Part shown: piece after piece, positions 36,961 through 48,594 of the stretch
Layout of the letters: every line of letters begins with the position of its first letter
How positions within the stretch are numbered: the first letter of the stretch is position 1
Assembly: GCA_044376085.1 (NCBI GenBank)
Contig: JBILLN010000004.1
Coordinates: 36,076-100,075, forward strand
Reading direction: 5' to 3'
DNA from: Bradymonadia bacterium
GTDB taxonomy: Bacteria; Myxococcota_A; Bradymonadia; UBA7976; UBA1532
DNA: 64,000 nucleotides
Notes under the pieces: generated by a model
The model's input: the letters and a program-made list of their open reading frames with translations, nothing else
What the model was told of the DNA's origin: nothing
The model's database searches: none
Position numbers and translations under genes: made by a program

Positions 36961-38895
36961 ATGCACGACCCGGTCGCCGCACTCCTCGCCACCATTCACC
37001 CGGGCAACCGGGAGCTCCTCGAGGTCTGGGCTGCGGCCCTGGCAGAGGTGGGTGGCATCTACGCGCCGATGGGTCTCGACGGACGCCTCGCATTGGCCTC
37101 GGGGACGGCCGCCGTGCTGCGGACGCTCCTCGACGGCGGGGCGCTCAACGAGGCGGCCGCCAGTCGCTACGTCGCCCCCCCGCCCTACCGTGACCAGGCC
37201 CCCGGCGAATTTCTGCTCGCCGCGCTCAACGTCGCCCTCCGGCTCGATGCGTGGTTCCACGCCCGGTCGGGAGAAGAGGGCATCGCACGAGAGGCCAGCC
37301 TGCGGGTTCGCGGCGTTCTGGCCGAGGCGACGGCGACGATTCTGCGCCTGAAGGATCTCCAGTCGGGCCCCGTGCATCTCCTGCAGGCGCTCGGCAGTTG
37401 CTTCAGCCGTCCCGGCCCGCCGCGAACCTCCTTCGGCCTCGCCGCGGAGCGGATCGCCGTGGAGTGCGGTGTCGACCTCTGTCTGATCGCGACGCTCGAC
37501 GCCGAGCACGTCCGCATCTACGCCGCGCACCCGGCGGGGCGCCCCCTCGGCCTCTCCCTGAGCGAGCCGATTCCACGCACCGACCTTCCCTGGCTCGACT
37601 TCGCCGATCCGGAGCAGGGCTGGCAGCGGGCGCCCCGCGCAGAAGACGGCGGATTCGACGGTCGGTTGGCCCGCTCGGGCCTGGGGCGACTGGTGGCGCA
37701 ACCCCTTCTGGCCGCGGGTCGATTCATCGGTCTGGTGGCCATCGCCGCGCGGGAGACGATCCGCCCCCGGACCATCGAGTCGTTGCGCGTGGCCGCGCCG
37801 CTCATCGCCGCCGCCCTGGCCCAGGTCCGGCAAGCCGGCGCTCTCGAGCAGGCCGAGGCCGCCCTCTCCGAGGTCTTCGACAGCGCGCCCACCATGATGT
37901 GCGCGCTGGACCGCCTGGGGCGGGTGGTCCGGACCAGTCGTCGATTCCGGGACGAACTCGGCCTGCCGGACGATTGTGTCGGCATGCCCCTTCAGTGGCT
38001 CGTCCACCCCGCCTGGATGGACCGCTTCAACGATCTCTGGGGCCGGATTCAGGCGGAGCAGTTCGTCGAGCAGGCCCGCGTGGACCTCATCACGGCGCAC
38101 GGGACCCGTCTGCCGGTCTCGCTCGAGGCCCGGTGGTTGCGGGACGAGCTCGGCGAGAACGCCATCTGCATGATGGGTCTGTGGAACGTCGCTGCGCTGC
38201 TCGCGCGAGAGCAGGCGCAACGGGCTCGCATCGACGAGCTCAACGCGTTCGCGCATCAGGTGGCGCACGATCTCAAGGCCCCGCTGCGCACCGTCACCGG
38301 GTTCGCGGGTCTCCTGCAGGACGAGCTGGCCGGTCAGTGCTCGGAAGAGACCCGCGTTGCCCTCGACCGGATTCGGGCCGCCGCCGAACGCGGCGACGCG
38401 ATGGTGGAAGGCATTCTCCGTTTCGCGCGGTCCGGCGGGGTCGGCAAGGCGCAACCGCTCCGGGTGGGGGTTCTTCTGGACAACGTGCGCGAGGCCCTGG
38501 CGGCCGACCTGGCGGCTCAGGATGCCGAACTCCTCGTCGTTCGGGACGATACGGCACTGCTCGGCGACGTGGCGGCGCTGACGACGCTGTTGACGAACCT
38601 GGTCGGCAACGCGCTCCGCTACCGGAGCGACGAGCGTCCCCGCATCGAACTCGGCGTCACGGCGCTCAGCCCCGGCTGGGCCGTCCTCACCGTCCGGGAC
38701 AACGGCGTCGGCATCGAGCCCGAGGACCAGGAGCGCATCTTCGACCTCTTCCAGCGCGCCCACCCGGACCGTCCGGGTACGGGCGTGGGCCTGACGATCG
38801 TTCGGCGGGTGGCCCGCGCCCACGGCGGCGAGGTCGAAGTCGCGTCCGCGCCCGGCGAGGGCAGCATGTTCAGCGTGCGCCTGCCGACGGCCTGA
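36961..38895 (+). CDS. cytoplasmic GAF-PAS sensor histidine kinase
   Basis: H-box FAHQVAHDLKAPL, N-box NLVGNALRY, G-boxes DNGVGI and GTGVGL; PAS-like FDSAPTMMCALD; GAF-like QPLLAAGRFIGLV. Confidence 0.92.
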   Translation: MHDPVAALLATIHPGNRELLEVWAAALAEVGGIYAPMGLDGRLALASGTAAVLRTLLDGGALNEAAASRYVAPPPYRDQAPGEFLLAALNVALRLDAWFHARSGEEGIAREASLRVRGVLAEATATILRLKDLQSGPVHLLQALGSCFSRPGPPRTSFGLAAERIAVECGVDLCLIATLDAEHVRIYAAHPAGRPLGLSLSEPIPRTDLPWLDFADPEQGWQRAPRAEDGGFDGRLARSGLGRLVAQPLLAAGRFIGLVAIAARETIRPRTIESLRVAAPLIAAALAQVRQAGALEQAEAALSEVFDSAPTMMCALDRLGRVVRTSRRFRDELGLPDDCVGMPLQWLVHPAWMDRFNDLWGRIQAEQFVEQARVDLITAHGTRLPVSLEARWLRDELGENAICMMGLWNVAALLAREQAQRARIDELNAFAHQVAHDLKAPLRTVTGFAGLLQDELAGQCSEETRVALDRIRAAAERGDAMVEGILRFARSGGVGKAQPLRVGVLLDNVREALAADLAAQDAELLVVRDDTALLGDVAALTTLLTNLVGNALRYRSDERPRIELGVTALSPGWAVLTVRDNGVGIEPEDQERIFDLFQRAHPDRPGTGVGLTIVRRVARAHGGEVEVASAPGEGSMFSVRLPTA

Positions 38896-38902
38896 GACCG
38901 CC

Positions 38903-41761
38903 TCACTCCTCGAAGCGGATCTCGCGGCGGAAGGTCGGCGCGACGCCCCGTCCGACGGGGACGTCCCCGGGTTTGGGAATGCCGTCGAGATCGTCATCGG
39001 GCCCCGAAGCGATCTCCCCCGTCCACCAGAGCTCGCTGGCGACGAGCCCGGCGCGCACGGTGCTGCGGAAGAACGTCGAGAGGCGCGTTTCCGCTTCGAC
39101 CAGGCCCGCCCGGGCGGCCGCATCGAGGACCTCGACCACGCGGGCGGCGAGGGCCGGGGTATAGGTGTACAGGGGGTCTCCGAGAGCGGTCTGGAACGTA
39201 CCGGCCTCGGCATCCCAGAAGGCCCCGAGGCGACCCCAGAGCCGTCGCGCCGAAGACAGCGCGTCTTCGTCTCCGCCTTCGGAGAGGGCCAATAGGCCTC
39301 CGAGGACGGCGAGCTGCGCCTCGAGTCCGGGACGCACCACCGTGACGGGGACGGCCGGATCGGTCGAGAGGGCGTCCGGGTACCAGAAGTCCGGTCGGAC
39401 GTTCGCGTCGAGCGCCTCGCGCAGCGCCGCCACCCTCGCCGAGGCAACCCCCCGGTCGACGAGGCCCGCCGCGCTGCCGACGGCCAGGCCGACGAGGGCA
39501 TCGCCCGCGTCGGCGGTCGCGAGCTCCGGCGAGAATCCGGCCTCGGGCGACCACGACGAGCGATAGGTGGCCGTCACCGGCTCGAACGCCCGCTCGGGCA
39601 GAAGTGCAGCCGCGTTGCGTGCGTACTCCGTGGCACCGGCGATGGCCCCCTCCGACTGCAAGGGGGCGCTCGCCCACCCGCCCGAGCGGCTCTCGCCGAT
39701 CCGGACCAGAGCGAGCGCCGCGACGAGGCCGCGGGCCTGCTCTCCGAGTCCGTAGCGGGCGTCGACGATGCCGAACGACTCCGGCCGTCGGGGCAGCCCC
39801 GGGAGTCCCTGACGGTCCGTGGCGCGAATCTCCGCGGGCACGTATCGGACACCGTTCGTCCCGAGCACGTTGAGACGACCCGTCCCCGGGTCGAGACCGA
39901 AGCTGCGGCCGACCCAATCGTACAGGTACCCGCTCTGCTGCCAGGCGATGAGCGCCAGCGTGCCCTCCCGCGCCGTCAGGCCGGGCCGCATGGTCCCGCC
40001 GACCGGAACCGTGGCGTCCGACTCGATCCAGTCGGCCACCGCCGTCCGCTGAGCCGAGGTCGCAGGGACGGACGGATGCGGCACGTCGCGACCGAGATAC
40101 TGCATCAGCGGGCTGGCCGCCGGCGCGCCGCGAACGACGAGCGCCTCCACGGCGGTCGGTGCCGTCAGATCCGGGCGGTCGGCCCCCGGGCGATGACACC
40201 CGAGGCAGCGCTGCCCGAGCACGGGCGCGACGTCCCGAGCGAACGTCCCGTCGCCGGTGACGTGCGAGACGCTCGTCGCCGAGCCGATCCGGGCGGCCAG
40301 CGCGGCCATCGTGGCGTGCAGTCCGGCGGCCGTATGGTTCCGCAGGGGACCCGCGGAGCCTTCCCAGGTCCAGCCGGCGTAGTCGTCCTCGGCGACGGGC
40401 AGTCCGTCGGCCCGCACCTCGGGATCGGGCTCGCGGAGCAGCAATGCCGAGGCGCCCTCGAACGGCAGAACGAGCGGGTAGATGTTGGCCGGCACCGAGT
40501 CTTCGGAGAAGGCCGCGAGCCCGCCGAGCGTCGCGGCGAGGGTCTCTTCCAGGTTCGATCCGTTTCCGTCGCGGTCCGGAGACGCCTGAGCCGAGCCGGC
40601 GCGGGCGATGTTCAAGGGGGCATAGACGGGGCTGAATCCTGCGTGCGACATGAGCAGCACCGCGTCCGAGGCCGTGCGACCGATGGCCCACATCTCGTAG
40701 GCATCGGCGGTGTACGTCGGCCCATCGCTGCGGCCGGACCAGCGGCCCGCGGCATTCATCAATGCCGCCGCCAGGGCAAGACTGCCCGCGACGTCCACGC
40801 GTTCGGCGTCGAGTGCGGCCACCGGTGCGCGGGGGCCGATGGGACCGATGCGGTAGGTCTCGGTGCGGGTCGGCTCCCAGTTGCCGCCCGGATCCACCCC
40901 GCGGAACTTCAGGGTCGTCTCGACGCTGAAGACCTCGACACCGGACCAGACCGGCGCGCTCGCGTCCGGCTCGCTGCCATCCAGCGTGTAATGGATGGTC
41001 CCCGATGGGTCGTTGATCCCGAGGCGGACCTCGATGGGCGCGAGGAAGGCGCCCCCCGGCGGGTCGGCCGCGGTCGTCGGCGCCACATCATCGACCACGT
41101 AGGTGAAGTTCTTGGGCCCCCACAGATTGTTCGCCAGGTCCGTGACCCGGACCGACAGAGTCGTCGGGTGCTCGAGAGTCAACTCGAGCACGTCCTGCGC
41201 GGTGCGGGTCGTCGAGCCGCCCGGCACGGCGATGCGACCATCGGTGGTGTAGTAGATGGTGACGGGCTCGTCGGCGGTCACCCGCACCGTCACGGGGCCC
41301 GGAAAGGGAATCCCGGGATCGGGCTGTGGGTCGATCGTGACATCGGGCGGTGTCGAGTCGAACCGGATAAAGGTCCGATGACGTTCGGCCTCCCGGTTCC
41401 CGGCCAGGTCGACCGCGAACCACCGCAGTTCGGTATCCCGGACGAGCGTCGTCGAGATCGTCTGGCCGGCCTGCCCCGTGTCGGGGTCGCCGGGCGTCGG
41501 TTCGCTGCCGTCCGTCGTGTAGTAGATCGAGCCCGGCTCGTTCATGGTGAGCCGCACGCGAGCCTGGCGCGCGCCGAGCAACATCCCGGAGGGGCCGAGG
41601 GGCGTCTCCGCCCCGCTCGTCGCGATGAACGCCTCGCTGACCGGGGCCTCCCGGTCCGGTGGAGACGTCTTGCCTTCCGGCGCGCACCCGACCGCCCCGG
41701 CCGCGAGGGTCGCGGCGAGGACGGACGACGGCACGAACACGGACCGATCGTGAGGTTTCAA
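38903..41761 (-). CDS. lipoprotein with three chitobiase/Fn3-like (CHB_HEX_C) repeats and a c-type cytochrome domain
   Basis: TTG 41761 after a GGAAGGA RBS; lipobox LAAGAVGC; three I(Y/H)YT(T/L)DG(S/R) repeats; [18 protein letters not shown] (CxxCH). Confidence 0.85.
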   Translation of the reverse strand: MKPHDRSVFVPSSVLAATLAAGAVGCAPEGKTSPPDREAPVSEAFIATSGAETPLGPSGMLLGARQARVRLTMNEPGSIYYTTDGSEPTPGDPDTGQAGQTISTTLVRDTELRWFAVDLAGNREAERHRTFIRFDSTPPDVTIDPQPDPGIPFPGPVTVRVTADEPVTIYYTTDGRIAVPGGSTTRTAQDVLELTLEHPTTLSVRVTDLANNLWGPKNFTYVVDDVAPTTAADPPGGAFLAPIEVRLGINDPSGTIHYTLDGSEPDASAPVWSGVEVFSVETTLKFRGVDPGGNWEPTRTETYRIGPIGPRAPVAALDAERVDVAGSLALAAALMNAAGRWSGRSDGPTYTADAYEMWAIGRTASDAVLLMSHAGFSPVYAPLNIARAGSAQASPDRDGNGSNLEETLAATLGGLAAFSEDSVPANIYPLVLPFEGASALLLREPDPEVRADGLPVAEDDYAGWTWEGSAGPLRNHTAAGLHATMAALAARIGSATSVSHVTGDGTFARDVAPVLGQRCLGCHRPGADRPDLTAPTAVEALVVRGAPAASPLMQYLGRDVPHPSVPATSAQRTAVADWIESDATVPVGGTMRPGLTAREGTLALIAWQQSGYLYDWVGRSFGLDPGTGRLNVLGTNGVRYVPAEIRATDRQGLPGLPRRPESFGIVDARYGLGEQARGLVAALALVRIGESRSGGWASAPLQSEGAIAGATEYARNAAALLPERAFEPVTATYRSSWSPEAGFSPELATADAGDALVGLAVGSAAGLVDRGVASARVAALREALDANVRPDFWYPDALSTDPAVPVTVVRPGLEAQLAVLGGLLALSEGGDEDALSSARRLWGRLGAFWDAEAGTFQTALGDPLYTYTPALAARVVEVLDAAARAGLVEAETRLSTFFRSTVRAGLVASELWWTGEIASGPDDDLDGIPKPGDVPVGRGVAPTFRREIRFEE

Positions 41762-41911
41762 GGTCGTGTTTCCTTCCGCAGTGATCGGCGCGGGATGCCC
41801 GGGGGAGACCCCGTCGGCGATGGGCCGCGAGGCATGATAAGGCATGCCGCCGCGAACGCGACAAAAGTCGGCGCTTGCAACTCGGGGCCCATTGTGGCAA
41901 TCCGCCGCGCC

Positions 41912-43732
<1,821 letters not shown>

Positions 43733-43746
43733 GAGCCCAGGCCGGC

Positions 43747-45408
43747 TCAGGCCAGGGAGGATCTCTCCCGGGCCTCGCGCCAGAAAGACTCCCGCACCGA
43801 CTGCCAGGTGGTCAGGACGAGTTCGACCTCCTCCGGATCGAGGCAGACGACCTGCGCGGACGGACCGGCGAGGGCGGTACAGCTCGCCACCTCCTGCCGC
43901 AGCATCGAGACGACACCGACGAAGTCCCCGGCCGGGAGTTGCGTCAGCGTCTGTCCGTCCCGGTAGACGATGAGGCTGCCCCGCGTGACGAGGTAGAGCC
44001 CCTCGGGCGACGAGCCCTCGGCGAAGAGTTCCTCGCCCGGGCCGAGGGCAATCGGACGGAATCGGGCGGCGAGCGCCCCGCGGTCCCGCGCGGGCAGATG
44101 GCCGAAGAGCCGGCTCCCGGCCAGGTATCGACCGACGACCTCGAGCTCGGCCGCTTCGTCGAGCATCCGCTCGAACGCGGGAAAATGACGGCGGAGAAAG
44201 CCGACCTTGTCGACGCCGATCTTCATGAGTTCGGCCTCTTCGATGGCCGTCGCCGTCACCCGGGCGGGCTGGGGATCGAGCAGCTCGACTTCTCCGAAGA
44301 AGCCGCCGGGGTCGAGTTGGCAGACTTCGACATCACCGCGACCATCGTGGCTGCGGACCGTGAGCCGCACCGCCCCCCCCATGACCACGTACAGCCCGTC
44401 GACGGGCTCCCCGGCGCGCAAGACGTCGGTCCCCGCCCGGAAGAGGCGTCGGTCGGCCCGGTGGGTCAACTCCTGGAGGGACGCCCTCGGCAGGGCCGCG
44501 AACAGGGGGACGGCGGGCGGAGGCGCTCGAAACGCCCCCGGCACCGGGGATGGCATCGGCGACGGGACCGGCGCGGCCACCGGCGCGGGTCCGCTCGCGG
44601 TCGTCGCCGTCGCAACGGCCGGCGCGGGAGCGACCTCCGGGACCGACTCGTCGGAGTCGTGCGCATCGGCCGCGGTGAAGAGCTCGACGTCGATGTCGAG
44701 CGTCCCGGCGGGATCATCCGCGAGGGCGCCGCCGCCTCGGGCCGGAATCGCGATCGCGACCGAGCCGACCAGCGCCCGGGCGGGCTCCGCGTCCGGCGAC
44801 GGCAAAAGGTCCTCGTCGGACAGGTCGACGGTTCCCGAGACCCCCTGCCCCTCCGGCAGGAGGTCCACGGTCGCGCGATGGTCATCCAGGTCGGAGCGAC
44901 CGTCCTTGCCGGCAAGGTCTCCCGTCGCCACGAGCGAGCCGTCTACGGAAAGGGAAAGGTCGATCGAGGATTGGGACGCGAGCTCGGCGCCGGCCTCATC
45001 GGCGGAGTACACCTTCACCAGCGCCACCGCGTCGAGGGGCGCGTCCCGGTCGGGGCGTCCGAGCTCGTCGAGGGGATCGACCGGGACCGCGGCCGTGACG
45101 GTCGGCACGAAACCACTCCGCGGTGCGGCCGCGAAGACACTTGCCAGGAACGTCATCGCTTCTTCGTGTCCGGGCTCGATGCGCAGGGCTTCTCGGGCTG
45201 CCGCCACGGCGTCTTCCAGAAATCCGTCGTTGCGGAGGTCCCGAGCGAGACCCAACCACTCGCGGAGGGCCGCTTTGGGCTGACCGTCCGCCTCGAACAG
45301 GCGGGCAAGCTGCTCGCGGTGCCCGCGGTGCCGCGGCTCGAGCTCCAGGAGCCGACGGAAGTTCTTGATCGCCGCCCGCACGGCCTTGGGATCGAACGGC
45401 GGGTTCAC
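43747..45408 (-). CDS. TPR + tandem cyclic-nucleotide-binding domain protein
   Basis: N-terminal TPR-like AIKNFRRLLELEP...ALRIEP. cNMP motifs PLFAAL..GEPVDGLYVVMGG..FFGE and LFGHL..EGSSPEGLYLVTRG..DFVG. Start GTG 45408 is approximate. Confidence 0.85.
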   Translation of the reverse strand: MNPPFDPKAVRAAIKNFRRLLELEPRHRGHREQLARLFEADGQPKAALREWLGLARDLRNDGFLEDAVAAAREALRIEPGHEEAMTFLASVFAAAPRSGFVPTVTAAVPVDPLDELGRPDRDAPLDAVALVKVYSADEAGAELASQSSIDLSLSVDGSLVATGDLAGKDGRSDLDDHRATVDLLPEGQGVSGTVDLSDEDLLPSPDAEPARALVGSVAIAIPARGGGALADDPAGTLDIDVELFTAADAHDSDESVPEVAPAPAVATATTASGPAPVAAPVPSPMPSPVPGAFRAPPPAVPLFAALPRASLQELTHRADRRLFRAGTDVLRAGEPVDGLYVVMGGAVRLTVRSHDGRGDVEVCQLDPGGFFGEVELLDPQPARVTATAIEEAELMKIGVDKVGFLRRHFPAFERMLDEAAELEVVGRYLAGSRLFGHLPARDRGALAARFRPIALGPGEELFAEGSSPEGLYLVTRGSLIVYRDGQTLTQLPAGDFVGVVSMLRQEVASCTALAGPSAQVVCLDPEEVELVLTTWQSVRESFWREARERSSLA

Positions 45409-45626
45409 GCGCGACTCCGGCCGGGCGTGCCGAACGGCCCGAAAGAACCACCGGACGCTGTGCTGCCGAGCGAGGGACGCATGTAGCCTTCTGGGACAAT
45501 CGGGCGGAGGCACACGGGTCGAGCGCGGCCCTCTGCCCGCCACGCCTCCCGTCGTGGTTGGCATCGCACAGACGGGGGGCTTCCGTCCAGTTCCATTCGG
45601 GCATACCCGTAGCGACGACCCAGTGG

Positions 45627-45720
45627 TCCCGGCTCGGCGCTTCTGGTAAGCACCCCGAGGGCGCCGACGCGCCACCGACCCTCAGCCGTCACCGCCGCTC
45701 GGCCGACGCCGAGCCAGGGA
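45627..45720. other. about 95-nt intergenic long hairpin (possible structured RNA)
   Basis: TCCCGGCTCGGCG (45627-45639) pairs with CGCCGAGCC-A-GGGA (45707-45720). On the minus strand, inner stems GGTGA/TTACC and CTGAGGG/CCCTCGG also pair. Confidence 0.4.
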
Positions 45721-45726
45721 GCCCCG

Positions 45727-46029
45727 ATGGAGCCCGAACCGACTGCGCGATGTTGGCACTGTCAGAGCGAGCTCGACCTGTCGGTCAAGATCGCCCGTTA
45801 CGACGCCTGTCCGGCCTGTGACGCCGACCTCCGCTGCTGTCGGAATTGTCGTTTCTGGGACAAGAGCTACCACAACGAGTGCCGCGAGAACGTCAGCACG
45901 TTCATCCGGGACCGCGAGAAAGCGAACTTCTGCAGTTCCTTCGAGCTGAAGCGTTCGACGGACACCGAGCGGTCCGAAGCGGACGACGCCCGCGCCCGGC
46001 TCGAGGCATTGTTTCGAAAGCGGGCCTGA
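45727..46029 (+). CDS. small Cys-rich putative metal-binding protein
   Basis: GGGAG RBS; CWHC, CPAC, CCRNC, EC and NFC; ends LEALFRK. Confidence 0.85.
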   Translation: MEPEPTARCWHCQSELDLSVKIARYDACPACDADLRCCRNCRFWDKSYHNECRENVSTFIRDREKANFCSSFELKRSTDTERSEADDARARLEALFRKRA

Positions 46030-46033
46030 TCCG

Positions 46034-46930
46034 ATGATCTCATCGACCGCGGGCGGTCGCTTCGCCCGACGCCGCCCCGACGTTCCGGCTCGCATCGCGC
46101 TCGCCCTGGCGATGCTGCTTTCGCACTCGGCGCACGCCGCCCCCGAGACCATCCTGACACGCGAACAGGAAGCGGCCCGCAACGCCGAGGAAGCCGAGCG
46201 CGAGGCGCTCGTTCGCCTCGTCTACCAGGAGCGCCTTCTCCAGGTGCCGCCGGAGACGTTCCATGCCCCGGTCGTCGATCCCGCCCGACCCGTGTCCGCC
46301 ATGGTCGAGGACCTCCTCTTCCTCGACCTCGCGGTTCATCTGCTGGAGCACGGGGGCGTCGAGAACGTCGACCGCCTCCGTGCGGCGGCCCAGACCTGGC
46401 GGGCGCGCTCGACCCGCGACGCCGCGCGCTCCCTCGACGCGCTCACCGACCGTCTCCGCCCATCCCGGGAAGAGTTGACGGAGGCCGGTCGGAGTGCGCT
46501 CGCCCTGTCGGCCGTCGCCGCACGTGCCGAAGAAAAGTCCGGGGGCGCCGCCCTCGGCCTCGATGCCCCGGCGCCCGGCAGCGTCGCCCCCCTCGATTAC
46601 ATTCCCGTCCCCCCCGAGGACCTTGCCGCCCTTCGGGAACGCTACCTCGCGTCCGGACAGCCGGTGGACGAGGCCTGGTACAACCGCCTGGCCCGGGACC
46701 CCGTGGCCGAGGAGCGCTGGAAGCAGCAACAGGCGGCCATGGAGAAGGAAGTCGCCCGTCTTCAGACCGGTTGGAAGACCGAGAAGGGGCTCGGCTACCG
46801 GATCGGCACCTGGACGCAGGAAGTCTGGCAACGCAAGGATCCGCTCGGTCTCGCGGTGATCGCCGTCTTCCTTCTCGGCGCGGTCGCGACGCTCTTCATC
46901 GGTTTCAAGCTCCTGCGGAGGGACCGATGA
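46034..46930 (+). CDS. hypothetical exported protein with C-terminal TM anchor
   Basis: Signal-like IALALAMLLSHSAHA and C-terminal TM LGLAVIAVFLLGAVATLFIGF; ATGA overlap with the next gene. Confidence 0.7.
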   Translation: MISSTAGGRFARRRPDVPARIALALAMLLSHSAHAAPETILTREQEAARNAEEAEREALVRLVYQERLLQVPPETFHAPVVDPARPVSAMVEDLLFLDLAVHLLEHGGVENVDRLRAAAQTWRARSTRDAARSLDALTDRLRPSREELTEAGRSALALSAVAARAEEKSGGAALGLDAPAPGSVAPLDYIPVPPEDLAALRERYLASGQPVDEAWYNRLARDPVAEERWKQQQAAMEKEVARLQTGWKTEKGLGYRIGTWTQEVWQRKDPLGLAVIAVFLLGAVATLFIGFKLLRRDR

Positions 46931-48393
46931 GCGTGCGTGGTCGTCTCGCGAGCGCCGGTCGGTGCATCGGCCTCTTCGCGTTGGCTTGGCTCGCGGCCTG
47001 CGGCGACGATCCCCCGCCGGGGCCCGTCCCCGGCGAGCTCGACTTCGCGGCCGGGCAGGAGGCCATGCGGGCCGGGCAATATGCCGTCGCGCAGGACCTC
47101 TTCCAGCGCGCGTACGTCCGGGGTGCCGATCCGCATCTGAGCCTGCTCTGGGAGATCCGGGCGGATCTGGCCCTGGGCAACGTGGATGCGGCTCGCACCG
47201 CCCTCGTTCGTCTTCTGGACCTCGCGCCGGACAACGTCGCGGCGCGTGCGCTGCAAGTCCGCCTTTCCCTGCTGCTCGGGGAGTACGAGGACGCCTGGCA
47301 GCAGCGTGCCCTGCTGCCCGCCACGGACCCGGCAGCCGCGCTGACCGAGGCGGAACTCCTGCTCGGCATCGGGCTCGGCAGCCGGGCGGAGCGGGCCATC
47401 CGCGCGGGCATGGCCGCCCACCCCGATCGCCCCGAGTGGCCGTTTCACCTCGCCAAGGCAGACCTGCTCCGCGGGTGGCTTCGAGACGCGCGCGGCGCCT
47501 ACGTCGCCGCCGCCCAGGCCGCGCGAACGGGCCTCGGCCACACCCGCGAGGCCTGGTTCTTCGCGCTGCTCGGGGAACGCGACCGCGCCGAGCGGGCCTA
47601 CCTCGACGCCGCGGTCCACGCCGAGCGCGATGCCCTGCCCTTCAGCCTCTCGAGCGACTTCTATGCCGCTGCCGCTCGCTACGAAGACGCCGTGACGGAC
47701 CTGGCGAACATGGAACGCCTTCTCGGACGCGGCAGCCCGGACCTCACCCGACGGGTGTCGGGCCTTTTCGTGCGCAGCGGTCGACTCGCCGACGCCGAGG
47801 GCCTGATGAAGCCCTATCTCCAGCGCCGGGTCGAGGATCGCACCGCCGCGCGGGAGCTCGCGCTGAGCTACCTGCTCGGGGGGAAGGACGCAGAGGCCGC
47901 GGCCACGCTGGAGGTGCTCGTCCTCAAAGACCGCGACAGCGCACCGACGCAGTATCTCACGGGGGCCGCGCGCTTGCGGATCGGGGATACCACGCGCGCC
48001 CGAACCGCCTTCCAGGAAGCCGAGCGCAAGGGCGGCGGTGACCGCCTGCCCGTCTCCCTGGCGCTCGCGGCGACCGCCCTCCGGACGCACGACTGGTTCG
48101 ACGCCGAGTTTCAGGCGCGCCGTCGCCTGGAGGCCGCACCGGACGACTGGTTGGCCGGTCTCGTCTGGGCCGCGGCCCGAAAGTATCAGGGGCAGCCCGC
48201 CGGCGCCCGCATCCTGCTGGAGCGGCTCGTCGCCCGGTTCCCGGAACGCGCGCAACAGCTCCGGGCGGCGCTGTCGTTGCCACCGGCGCCGCCGGGTGAG
48301 GTGCCGCCGGACAATCTGCCCGCGCGCCTCCTCGACCGTTACTTCCCGCCCTCGGCGCAGAATCCGCCGGCGAGTGCCCCCCCGGCGCCCTGA
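46927..48393 (+). CDS. TPR-repeat lipoprotein
   Basis: ATG 46927; lipobox LAWLAAC; repeated TPR-like helices (AMRAGQYAVAQDLFQRA, LLDLAPDNVAA, YLTGAARLRIGD). Confidence 0.85.
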   Translation: MSVRGRLASAGRCIGLFALAWLAACGDDPPPGPVPGELDFAAGQEAMRAGQYAVAQDLFQRAYVRGADPHLSLLWEIRADLALGNVDAARTALVRLLDLAPDNVAARALQVRLSLLLGEYEDAWQQRALLPATDPAAALTEAELLLGIGLGSRAERAIRAGMAAHPDRPEWPFHLAKADLLRGWLRDARGAYVAAAQAARTGLGHTREAWFFALLGERDRAERAYLDAAVHAERDALPFSLSSDFYAAAARYEDAVTDLANMERLLGRGSPDLTRRVSGLFVRSGRLADAEGLMKPYLQRRVEDRTAARELALSYLLGGKDAEAAATLEVLVLKDRDSAPTQYLTGAARLRIGDTTRARTAFQEAERKGGGDRLPVSLALAATALRTHDWFDAEFQARRRLEAAPDDWLAGLVWAAARKYQGQPAGARILLERLVARFPERAQQLRAALSLPPAPPGEVPPDNLPARLLDRYFPPSAQNPPASAPPAP

Positions 48394-48594
48394 GACCGTT
48401 CGCGGCACTCGGCGCCGGTGAGATGAACGGGCGCCGCGCGGCGCACCTCGGCGCGCACGCGCGGCCGGCACCGGGGCCCCCGACCTTCGAGGAGCAGAGG
48501 AGCCGGCGTCCCGAGTCCGCGGGGGCGGGTCCAGGACCGCGGTCGGCGAGAAGCCGGCGGCGTGCGAGACGCGCGTACGGATTCTCCGGAACGC

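Noticed and set aside
45627-45720. Hairpin as SRP RNA, 6S RNA, tRNA or intrinsic terminator
   Set aside because: No SRP domain IV motif, too short for 6S, no T/D loops, and no U-tract; it lies between divergent starts.
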